From NCBI RefSeq assembly GCF_048403405.1, contig NZ_CP183129.1: 64,000 bases of DNA; one strand, given 5' to 3'. This DNA comes from Escherichia coli (GTDB taxonomy: Bacteria > Pseudomonadota > Gammaproteobacteria > Enterobacterales > Enterobacteriaceae). Under the pieces are notes generated by a model. That model saw only the letters and a list, made by a program, of their open reading frames with translations. It was not told the origin of the DNA and searched no databases. The position numbers and the translations under genes were made by a program. Position 1 is the stretch's first letter, and every line of letters begins with the position of its first letter. Of this stretch, positions 38,204-47,093 are shown one piece after another.

Positions 38204-39427
38204 TCAATGCGCATGGGTAGCACTTTCAGAGCGCATCCGCTCCAGTGCGCCAGAAATATTGGCTTCGGAATCAATCAGGAACAGGCCGCTGGAAACCACC
38301 TTTTCACCTTCCGCCAGACCAGAGCGTAATGCGGTGACGCCTTGCGATGCCTGGAAAACGGCAACGCGTTTCGGTACAAAGCGCCCGTCGGCATCAACGG
38401 TAATCACCCGCTGTTCGCTGCCGGTATCAATCAGCGCTTGTGACGGAATGAGCAGCATCGGTTCGCTGGCGGTGTTGAGTTGCAACCAGGCGTTCATTCC
38501 CGGCTTTAGCGCCTCGTCGGTGTTGTCGACTTCCAGGCGCAGCTGCAGCGTGCGGGTTGCGGCATCCACGCCGGGTAGCAGCGTCCATTTGCGGATGGTG
38601 AGTGTTTTATCAGGTCGTGCCGGAACGGTGAGCGTAAACTGCGAGGCATCTTTCACCAGCCAGGCGATGGACTCCGGGATCGCGGCAGTGATCCACACCG
38701 GATCCATACCCTGAATTTTCGCGACCACGTTATCTTTGGCGATATTCATTCCCGCGCGCAGATCAAACGCGGTGATCACGCCATCAATGGGCGCTTTGAG
38801 CGTAAAGCGAGTCTGGATTTTTTGCGTGGCGATCAGGCGGCGAATATCCGCCTCCGGCATTCCCGCCAGTCTCAGCCGCTCAAGAATGCCTTCAGTCTGG
38901 GTCGCCGTACCGCCAGTTTCGCGCAGCAGTAAATACTCACTCTGCGCTTCCACCCAGTCGGGAATGGTCAGGTCGAGAAGCGGCGCGCCCTTTTGTACTT
39001 TATCGCCCACGGTAAGCGGATACACCTTGTCGATAAACCCGGCGGCGCGGGCCTGCACAATGGCATACTGATACTCGTTGTAACTGACATTCGCCGGGAA
39101 ACTTTGGGCAAAAGTCAGCGGCCCGCGCGTGACGGTCGCCGTTTTCACCCCCAGATTCTGCGTCTGAGTCGGGTCAATGCGCACACCAGACGCAGAACTC
39201 TCTTCATCGGCATATTTCGGCACCAGATCCATATCCATAAACGGCGATTTACCTGGTTTATCGAACCGCGTATTGGGATACATCGGGTCGTACCAGAATA
39301 AGATTTTACGTTCTGCGGTCGACGTTTTTTCTGCGGGCGGTTCCGCCTTTGCAAACCAGGTAAAACCTGCCGCAGAAATAATACCGCCCGCGATCATGCT
39401 GCCGATAATAAGCGCGATTTTTTTCAT
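38204..39427 (-). CDS. cusB: membrane fusion protein of Cus efflux
   Basis: 407-aa ORF; synteny. Confidence 0.95.
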   Translation of the reverse strand: MKKIALIIGSMIAGGIISAAGFTWFAKAEPPAEKTSTAERKILFWYDPMYPNTRFDKPGKSPFMDMDLVPKYADEESSASGVRIDPTQTQNLGVKTATVTRGPLTFAQSFPANVSYNEYQYAIVQARAAGFIDKVYPLTVGDKVQKGAPLLDLTIPDWVEAQSEYLLLRETGGTATQTEGILERLRLAGMPEADIRRLIATQKIQTRFTLKAPIDGVITAFDLRAGMNIAKDNVVAKIQGMDPVWITAAIPESIAWLVKDASQFTLTVPARPDKTLTIRKWTLLPGVDAATRTLQLRLEVDNTDEALKPGMNAWLQLNTASEPMLLIPSQALIDTGSEQRVITVDADGRFVPKRVAVFQASQGVTALRSGLAEGEKVVSSGLFLIDSEANISGALERMRSESATHAH

Positions 39428-39442
39428 CTCATTAAACCTGGG

Positions 39443-39775
39443 TTACTGGCTGACTTTAATATCCTGTAATAAAGAAAGGTTGCCCTGCTGGACAAAATTA
39501 AACGCCACTTTGTCGCCGGTTTTTATTTCGCCCATCTTCGTCTGCGGGGTGATGGTAAAGCGCATGGTCATCTCCGGCCAGTTCACGGCAGCAATCGGAT
39601 CGTGATGGATAGTGATTTTTTTGCTTTCCAGATCAATACCTTTTACCACCCCTGTGGCACTAATGACCTGCGGTTGTGCTTCGCTCATGGTTTCATGATG
39701 ATGTTCGTTAGCCTGGGCATTAAAGCCAATAACGGTAAACAGACTGAACATTGCGACTTGCAGTGCTTTTTTCAT
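39443..39775 (-). CDS. cusF: periplasmic copper chaperone
   Basis: 110-aa ORF MKKALQVAMFSLF...; matches CusF. Confidence 0.95.
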   Translation of the reverse strand: MKKALQVAMFSLFTVIGFNAQANEHHHETMSEAQPQVISATGVVKGIDLESKKITIHHDPIAAVNWPEMTMRFTITPQTKMGEIKTGDKVAFNFVQQGNLSLLQDIKVSQ

Positions 39776-39798
39776 TTATTCTCTCCTGGAGTTAAAAA

Positions 39799-41170
39799 TT
39801 ATTGCTGCCAACCGCCACCAAGTGCGGTATATAAAGAAATTTCGTTAACCTGACGGGCATAATTCAGGTCAAGTAAAGTTTGTCGGGTTGCAAATAAAGA
39901 ACGTTCGGCATCCAGCACTTCCAGATAACTGACTGCGCCGTGCTGATATAATGCCCGCGCCCGTTGCAAAGTAATTTGCAGCGATGCCAGATAACGCTGC
40001 TGGGCGCTAATTTGATCGTTCAGGCTTTGACGTAATGCCAGCGCATCTGCCACTTCTTTAAAGGCATTCTGGATTTTCTGTTCATAATTCACCACCGACT
40101 GCTGCTGGCGAATTTCGGCGATATCCAGATTGGCCTGGTTGCGTCCGGCATTAAAAATGGGGATCTCAATTTTGGGAATAAAATTCCACATCCCGCTGCT
40201 GGCGTTAAATAAGGACGACAGATCGCTGCTGGCGGTCGATATTCCGCTGGTCAGACTGATAGACGGGAAAAATGCCGCGCGTGCAGCGCCAATATTGGCA
40301 TTAGCCGCCATCAACGCGTGTTCAGCTTCCATAATATCCGGGCGCTGCAATAAGATTTGCGACGACAAGCCCGCCGGTAATTTAACGCTTTGCAGGCTGT
40401 CGCTGTTTACTGTTTGCGCTTGCGGCAGCTTGCCGTAGCTTCCCAGCAACAGTTGCAATGCATTATTCGCCTGCGCCAGTTCCCCCTGACGTTTAGCGAT
40501 GTCGCTGCGGGTACTTTCTATCACCCCGCGAGCCTGTTCCAGCGCCAGAACATTGCTGCTACCGGTCAACAGTTGTTTTTCGACAAACGCATATGACTGC
40601 TGATAATTACGCAGCGTTTCTTCGGCTATTTGCAATTGCGCATACGCCAGTTGCTGATTGAAATAGCTTTGCGCGACATTAGAAACCAGCAGAATATGCA
40701 CCGCGCGCTGGGCTTCCTCAGTGGCTAAATAATTTTGGCGCTCGGCTTCGCTCATGTTCTTTAAGCGACCGAAAAAATCGAGATCAAAGCTGGCGTTAAG
40801 GCCGGTCGAAAACTCCCGTGTCGTGGCGGTATTCCCTTTAAGATTACCGCTCCAGCTGCCGCTGCCCTCGCCATTGAGCTGTGGGTAGCGGTCGGCATCG
40901 GTCAGACGATATTGCGCCCGTGCCTCCTGCACTTTCAGCGTCGCCATGCGCAAATCCCGGTTATTCACCAGCGCCTCGCTAATCAGCGTCTTCACCTGAT
41001 TATCAATAAAAAAGGTGCGCCAGCCCGCGTTCTGGTAGTTATCTGCTGCGTTAACCAGGCCGTTCTGGCTGAGTGAGAACTGCTTCGGTACGGGCATTGC
41101 CGGACGCTGATAATCCGGTGCCAATGAACAACCGGTTAGCGCAAGGGCCACACAAAATGGCAGAAGTTTA
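39799..41170 (-). CDS. cusC: outer-membrane factor of Cus efflux, 5' end interrupted by IS26
   Basis: Lipoprotein signal LLPFCVALALTGC is present, but the first few native codons are replaced: the reading frame runs into the IS26 terminus at 41171 and only a GTG inside IS26 could serve as start. Confidence 0.85.
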
Positions 41171-41990
41171 GGCACTGTTGCAAATAGTCGGTGGTGATAA
41201 ACTTATCATCCCCTTTTGCTGATGGAGCTGCACATGAACCCATTCAAAGGCCGGCATTTTCAGCGTGACATCATTCTGTGGGCCGTACGCTGGTACTGCA
41301 AATACGGCATCAGTTACCATGAGCTGCAGGAGATGCTGGCTGAACGCGGAGTGAATGTCGATCACTCCACGATTTACCGCTGGGTTCAGCGTTATGCGCC
41401 TGAAATGGAAAAACGGCTGCGCTGGTACTGGCGTAACCCTTCCGATCTTTGCCCGTGGCACATGGATGAAACCTACGTGAAGGTCAATGGCCGCTGGGCG
41501 TATCTGTACCGGGCCGTCGACAGCCGGGGCCGCACTGTCGATTTTTATCTCTCCTCCCGTCGTAACAGCAAAGCTGCATACCGGTTTCTGGGTAAAATCC
41601 TCAACAACGTGAAGAAGTGGCAGATCCCACGATTCATCAACACGGATAAAGCGCCCGCCTATGGTCGCGCGCTTGCTCTGCTCAAACGCGAAGGCCGGTG
41701 CCCGTCTGACGTTGAACACCGACAGATTAAGTACCGGAACAACGTGATTGAATGCGATCATGGCAAACTGAAACGGATAATCAACGCCACGCTGGGATTT
41801 AAATCCATGAAGACGGCTTACGCCACCATCAAAGGTATTGAGGTGATGCGTGCACTACGCAAAGGCCAGGCCTCAGCATTTTATTATGGTGATCCCCTGG
41901 GCGAAATGCGCCTGGTAAGCAGAGTTTTTGAAATGTAAGGCCTTTGAATAAGACAAAAGGCTGCCTCATCGCTAACTTTGCAACAGTGCC
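41171..41990 (+). mobile_element. IS26 (IS6 family), 820-bp copy 1
   Basis: Termini GGCACTGTTGCAAA ... TTTGCAACAGTGCC; internal 234-aa Tnp26. Confidence 0.95.
41234..41938 (+). CDS. tnpA: IS26 transposase Tnp26 (variant with His at residue 29)
   Basis: MNPFKGRHFQRDIILWAVRWYCKYGISY(H)ELQEM... recognised as the IS26 transposase. Confidence 0.95.
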   Translation: MNPFKGRHFQRDIILWAVRWYCKYGISYHELQEMLAERGVNVDHSTIYRWVQRYAPEMEKRLRWYWRNPSDLCPWHMDETYVKVNGRWAYLYRAVDSRGRTVDFYLSSRRNSKAAYRFLGKILNNVKKWQIPRFINTDKAPAYGRALALLKREGRCPSDVEHRQIKYRNNVIECDHGKLKRIINATLGFKSMKTAYATIKGIEVMRALRKGQASAFYYGDPLGEMRLVSRVFEM

Positions 41991-42439
41991 AATTTTACGC
42001 CGTCGGCGGTACGCAGCCAGCGCGGGGATTTGAGTCCTTCCGTGAAATTCCAGACCAGCTCACACAGCAGCCCGGTCAGGGTTTGCTCCATTTTTGGTTC
42101 CGCCGGACGTTCCAGCAGAAGCTGGAGTAGTGCGAGGCAGTATTCGCACAAGGAATCAGGTTCGGAAATAAAGTGCTCTGGTGTGGCGGGAAGGGTATCC
42201 ACGGTCAGGCTTTCGGTAAGATGCGGTGGGATGGGGTCGTGTAGTGTGGGTTGCAGTAGCGCAAGAGCCGCGTGAAGCCGCCCGCAGAGCGCCAGTCGTA
42301 GCGCTGGATCGTCGGTTTCAATCAGGGTTTCGGCAAAGCGGGCGCAGTAGTCAGCAAGGACAGTGAAATCCGTGGTGGCATTGAAGGGGACGGTCAATAG
42401 ATCGAGTAAATCGCTGTCAGTGGTGAGGATTGTAGCCAT
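41972..42439 (-). CDS. hypothetical acidic protein; 3' end runs into IS26 (probably truncated)
   Basis: 155-aa ORF with a GGAGG Shine-Dalgarno upstream of the ATG at 42439; its last codons and stop lie inside the IS26 inverted repeat. No family recognised. Confidence 0.45.
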   Translation of the reverse strand: MATILTTDSDLLDLLTVPFNATTDFTVLADYCARFAETLIETDDPALRLALCGRLHAALALLQPTLHDPIPPHLTESLTVDTLPATPEHFISEPDSLCEYCLALLQLLLERPAEPKMEQTLTGLLCELVWNFTEGLKSPRWLRTADGVKLALLQS

Positions 42440-42785
42440 AGGGCAACCTCCGATAAGTGGGTGTTCAAGCCACCACCGGAGAGGCTAATCTCGCGGGTGG
42501 TGGAACCGGGCAGGGTTAGCCTTACCAGCCTTATCGGACACTGGCGCGTCTTGCGACGCCCCCGCCCGGCCCACCATTGAGATGTAACCGTGCGAACAAC
42601 ACAAAAAAAGACGCTGGCGCGTCATGTGTCGCCGATAAGATTTCTTCAGGAGGCTAATCCCGACGCCTGATTTTGCAGGCGCGGGAGAAAGATACTGCGA
42701 TTGGTCATGAGTGGCAAGGGCTACATCATGTTTACCGACATCTCACGCAAAAATACCCTGATTATTAATAGCGAAAATCAGTTTC

Positions 42786-45700
42786 TTATTTTGGCGGTAG
42801 CTTTTTGCGGTTCTTTGCCAACTGGAATCCTTCAGGTAACGGTTTGAATTTATCGCCGCCTTTAGGCCAGCGTTTTGCCCTGCTCTGAAATGCCCTTAAC
42901 GAGTCGATATCCAGCGTTGCAGCGACCACAAAGTCATTATCACCGCCCTTCACACGAGCAATATCACGCATAAAGGGTTCTTTTGCCGGGGAACGTACGC
43001 GACTATCGCCGTATTTTCGGTTATTCACTAAAATAGTATAGGCATGAATATCCAGCGCTGCTGATTCAATCAACGATGCAAACGTATCTAGATCTTTATT
43101 CCAGCTCAATACCATTAATGCATCGAGTGCGCCCTGAAAACGGATCCTCGCTTTACTATTCTGGAGTTCAGAGCAAATCATAACGCCAAAATTGACGCCG
43201 TGATGAATATATACCGGCTTACGTTGTTTAACATTAAGTGTCGAATCCCAAGACTTACCATAAGTTGAAAATAATGCCTCATCTTCACCTACGGCGGGTT
43301 CCAGCTTGGGTTGCCATATTTTGACACTCGCTGGATAGCCGAGTCTGTTATCTGAAAGGACAAGTACGGCCTCACTCTTCAGTTGATTATCGTCTAAGTG
43401 GCGGTATTCTGTTCCCGCAATTAGACTGATACCCGCCGAACTCAAACGATCAGCAATACTGTTAACCCAGCGTAACGGGATTGAAAGCTCAGGGAATAAA
43501 ACATAATCAGGTTTAGGAGATAGTTTCAATGTTGCATTAACCAGTTCAGAAATCCGCTGGTACCTTGAACGGGACAAGTTAGATTTATTGCAGGCCATTT
43601 TAGCCCAGTCGTCCTCCTCTGTTTTAATGCTGGTTAGCGCAACGACAACTTTATGTTTCCTGTCTGTGCCAATATGAATGAATTTCTTAGGCCGAGCTTT
43701 TTTTGTCGCTTCATCTGAGTCCTGCTCCGATGCTAGCAACGTCGGTTTGATCCATACTCCGCGTAATGCTTGAGTATATTTTGCCCAAATGGTGGACGGT
43801 CTCTCATCTGGTTTTTTGTCGGATGTGGAGGGTAATCCAACACATTCGGGGGCCAGTTCTGATATTTCAGCGGGTGTTAAAGGACGTGTAGGGAAAATGT
43901 AAGGTAGGTAACTTTCGTTTTTACGATTTCCTTTAGCCACTTTTTCCAGTCGGGTATTCTTGGTTGATTTCAAAAATAGCTTAATAACGTCAATATCAAT
44001 AAGCGATGAGTCGCTCATTAATTTCAGTATTTTAACTTCTTTTTTACTATCACGCTGATTAACAAGTTTTTCTGCCGACTGACTCTTTACGATCTGTTTA
44101 TAAGGTTCCTTTGCTAAATCAGCTCGAGCTACCAATGGCGCTTTTAAATAAAAATCTGCTGAATCAAAGCGAAGATCCAGTAAATCCTTTAGATTCGTCA
44201 GACTTTGTGAAATATGATTAAAAAATGTATCCGCAAGGCACTCTTCTTTCTTTGAACGTTTATCAAGAAATAATCTGTCAGGACTGTAATATCGTGTCGC
44301 TGCATCAACAAATAGCCAGCTTAATGTGCCTTTTATACAGCGCCAAAGATCATTTACTGCTCGAGTTTTGCAACCATTTATATTCACTTCCTTACCTGAA
44401 GTAATCACCGATGCCAACAGGTTGATGGATTCGTAAGCTTTAAGTACAATTTTTTCCGCGTGCTGCCATTCATTCATACTGATAGCAAAGCCAAGCAGCC
44501 TTGGCAGATAACTAAAATGTGCAAATAGATTATCAGCCCTAAGAATATGGTTGTAGGCAAACTGATAAAACTCTTCCCGCTGTTCTTTCCATTCACTTGG
44601 AGGCAGATCTCGTGCCAGTGTTTCAACGTAGCGTAATTGCAGTGACCAGCCCAAACGACGAATGGTTAATCCATCCGCACGGCGCAGAGTATCGGCATTT
44701 TCACCTACACTACCGGCAGCGGAAAGGACTTTAGCTGCGGTGGAGTGTTCCAGTTGATCCGGTGAAGGCATCAAGCGGTGTTCACTAGAAAGCTCGTAGA
44801 TCTCCTTTTCGATACTGTCGAGCAGGTCTATTCCAGCCCTCCCTTGAAGCACGAAAAGTTTTTGCTTATCGGATTGTAACTGGATGGTGGTCTTACCCTG
44901 GAAATGCTCGCCCTGCTGTATTTGCCATATTTGTTTTTGCTCGTTTTTCAAATAAACGCAATCATTGCCAAGCCTATCTTGCAGCAATAACATAAATTCG
45001 TGATTATTAGTAATTGTCCCTGTATCGCGTATTACAAGGAACATATCATCGACATAACGACCGTAGTGAATTGGTGATAGTTTTTCAATGACTAATTTAT
45101 CCCAATGGTGTAGCAATATATTTGAAATGATCCGACTGGCTGTTAATCCAATGACCAGACCACCATTAATAACAGGTGTTTTGTACGCTATTTTCTTTCC
45201 AAATGCCGCTGCGCCGTCAGACCAGTGCTTTAAGAATACTGCTAACTGTGCAGTAAACGCTTTTTCATCCTCAGTCAGTTTTATGTTTAGTGTGTTATAG
45301 AGATCATCAGAGGTTATAGCCAGTGGATCAATAAAATGATAGTAACTTTTTAAATCCAGTGAGGCGGCGATAATGTCACGATCTTTTTCCAACTCGTCAC
45401 GTATAGCTTTTAAGCCATCACCACGCCATTTTTGGTAGGGCTGGAAGTAGGGGCTAAAAGAACCCACGGCACTGATATGGAATGGATTATCCTGCTCATT
45501 GCTAAATAATTCATCATTACGAATACGCTTTAGCCGCGCGCCATAGCAACAGTTATCTAAGCTGGCATCAAATTTATGCCCGACCATGTTAATCCATAGT
45601 GCAGAGATAATGTGACTATCAACCGGGAAGTCACCAATAATACGAAACTCTGGTATCAGATCAAAATTATTAAATAAATGGTCGGCTGCTCGTTTAGGAT

Positions 45701-45995
45701 TAGAAAAGTGGACGTGTCCATTTTGGGATTCATGTTTTTTCTTTGTGGTTAATTTTTTCGGTAACAAACGAAATTTGCCAATCAACTTCTTATTGCTACT
45801 GAATCCATCTTCGCTCTGCAAAAGATCTAAGAGTTTTTGCAGGTTTTCAAGTAATTCCTGCTCATACTCGGCAAATTTGATAGCAACAGGAAATGTATTC
45901 TCAAAGAAGCTATCGGCTTTTGCTTTCCGGTAAGCGACCAGAAGGTCTTCAATCGTCAGATCATCCCAGCCAGTGAAAATTGCCTGATATGTCAT
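42786..45995 (-). CDS. reverse transcriptase-nitrilase fusion protein (DRT type 1 / UG1-like defence-associated RT)
   Basis: 1069-aa ORF with AAGGA Shine-Dalgarno. RT motif A ASLDLKSYYHFID, motif B GGLVIGLTASRIISNILL, motif C RYVDDMFLV (nt 45033-45059); C-terminal CN-hydrolase domain with FPELS (Glu836), VKIWQPK and GVMICSEL (Cys941, nt 43173-43175). Confidence 0.85.
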   Translation of the reverse strand: MTYQAIFTGWDDLTIEDLLVAYRKAKADSFFENTFPVAIKFAEYEQELLENLQKLLDLLQSEDGFSSNKKLIGKFRLLPKKLTTKKKHESQNGHVHFSNPKRAADHLFNNFDLIPEFRIIGDFPVDSHIISALWINMVGHKFDASLDNCCYGARLKRIRNDELFSNEQDNPFHISAVGSFSPYFQPYQKWRGDGLKAIRDELEKDRDIIAASLDLKSYYHFIDPLAITSDDLYNTLNIKLTEDEKAFTAQLAVFLKHWSDGAAAFGKKIAYKTPVINGGLVIGLTASRIISNILLHHWDKLVIEKLSPIHYGRYVDDMFLVIRDTGTITNNHEFMLLLQDRLGNDCVYLKNEQKQIWQIQQGEHFQGKTTIQLQSDKQKLFVLQGRAGIDLLDSIEKEIYELSSEHRLMPSPDQLEHSTAAKVLSAAGSVGENADTLRRADGLTIRRLGWSLQLRYVETLARDLPPSEWKEQREEFYQFAYNHILRADNLFAHFSYLPRLLGFAISMNEWQHAEKIVLKAYESINLLASVITSGKEVNINGCKTRAVNDLWRCIKGTLSWLFVDAATRYYSPDRLFLDKRSKKEECLADTFFNHISQSLTNLKDLLDLRFDSADFYLKAPLVARADLAKEPYKQIVKSQSAEKLVNQRDSKKEVKILKLMSDSSLIDIDVIKLFLKSTKNTRLEKVAKGNRKNESYLPYIFPTRPLTPAEISELAPECVGLPSTSDKKPDERPSTIWAKYTQALRGVWIKPTLLASEQDSDEATKKARPKKFIHIGTDRKHKVVVALTSIKTEEDDWAKMACNKSNLSRSRYQRISELVNATLKLSPKPDYVLFPELSIPLRWVNSIADRLSSAGISLIAGTEYRHLDDNQLKSEAVLVLSDNRLGYPASVKIWQPKLEPAVGEDEALFSTYGKSWDSTLNVKQRKPVYIHHGVNFGVMICSELQNSKARIRFQGALDALMVLSWNKDLDTFASLIESAALDIHAYTILVNNRKYGDSRVRSPAKEPFMRDIARVKGGDNDFVVAATLDIDSLRAFQSRAKRWPKGGDKFKPLPEGFQLAKNRKKLPPK

Positions 45996-46289
45996 GCGTT
46001 ATCGTCCTTAGATTACAGTCTGTACAGAATTAGCCAGCCGTTTCATGCCCGAAGGGGGGCTCTTGACACCAGTAATCCATCAGTGAGGCTGGCAATAATT
46101 TTGATTTGTATCCATGTTACACGCTCCCCGCAACCAGTCCGAGCATATATTTGTCACATTTTTCCCGAAAGTGATTAAGTTTGAATTTTTTGTTTAATGT
46201 CGATTTTTAGTCGACAAAATGAGGAATAAGTAAACTATTTCTTGCTGTGGCGTATCCCTGAATCTACACTGGTTTAAATATTTGTACTA

Positions 46290-47093
46290 ATGTCTATTCA
46301 GAGGCGACAGTTGCCAAACTATCTAAACTGGCTGATGCAGCACACGCTACCCGGCCAGGTGCTGCTCCAGTCATGGCTTACCCGCAACGGCATAGATCGT
46401 AAGCTCTCTTATCTCTATGTGAAGAATGGCTGGCTCAGGCGGATCGCTCACGGCGTATACTGCCGGACGGGCCGTGAGCCGGATTGGGTAGACGCGGTTT
46501 ACTGCCTTCAAACACAGTGGGAAAAGCCTGTTCGGGTGGCGGGGCTAACCAGCCTTGCGCTTCAGGGCCATGCGCACTATACCGAACCGGGTAAGCCGCA
46601 GGTCTGGCTCGCGCTTCCGGCTTACGTTAAGCTGCCGGGATGGTTTGCTGCCTTCGAACAATCTGCAACATTTATCACGCTGTATACATCGGGGCTTACC
46701 GTAGATGTAACGTCATTGACTACGGAACTGAAAATTGGCGACCGCCAGTTAGCAGGCAGTGCCCCGGAACTGGCCGCGTATGAGATCGCCTGCGGCGTTC
46801 CTTCGTTGATATCGTTCGAACATGCCGATGCTCTGTTTCAGGGGATGAATCTTCTCAGCCCACGCAAATTGCAGGCACTGCTTCGCGCCAGCCATTCGGT
46901 TAAAACCAACCGGGTGATGCTTTACCTTGCCCGGCGTAATGGACACCCTTATTTTCAGTATATTGATCAAAGCGGTATAGAAACAGGTACGGGAAAGCGG
47001 CAAATCATACCCGGCGGCTGGCTGGAGCCGGATTATCAAATTACTGTTCCACGCGCATTTAAACCGGAAGGAGTCGAAGATGGATCTGCGTGA
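46290..47093 (+). CDS. AbiEi-like antitoxin / transcriptional regulator (type IV TA)
   Basis: 267-aa ORF immediately upstream of, and overlapping by 14 bp, an AbiEii-like nucleotidyltransferase gene; N-terminal wHTH-like region with an R-x-x-x-G-V-Y motif. No clear Shine-Dalgarno, so the start is uncertain. Confidence 0.65.
   Translation: MSIQRRQLPNYLNWLMQHTLPGQVLLQSWLTRNGIDRKLSYLYVKNGWLRRIAHGVYCRTGREPDWVDAVYCLQTQWEKPVRVAGLTSLALQGHAHYTEPGKPQVWLALPAYVKLPGWFAAFEQSATFITLYTSGLTVDVTSLTTELKIGDRQLAGSAPELAAYEIACGVPSLISFEHADALFQGMNLLSPRKLQALLRASHSVKTNRVMLYLARRNGHPYFQYIDQSGIETGTGKRQIIPGGWLEPDYQITVPRAFKPEGVEDGSA

Noticed and set aside
41168-41761. 197-aa ORF on the minus strand inside IS26 (and its twin at 48672-49280)
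   Set aside because: Antisense to the transposase gene within a known 820-bp insertion sequence; no known second IS26 protein.
41972-42439. Possibility that the 155-aa ORF is cusR or a two-component regulator remnant
   Set aside because: The sequence has no receiver or winged-helix motifs and does not resemble the recalled CusR sequence; treated as foreign cargo instead.
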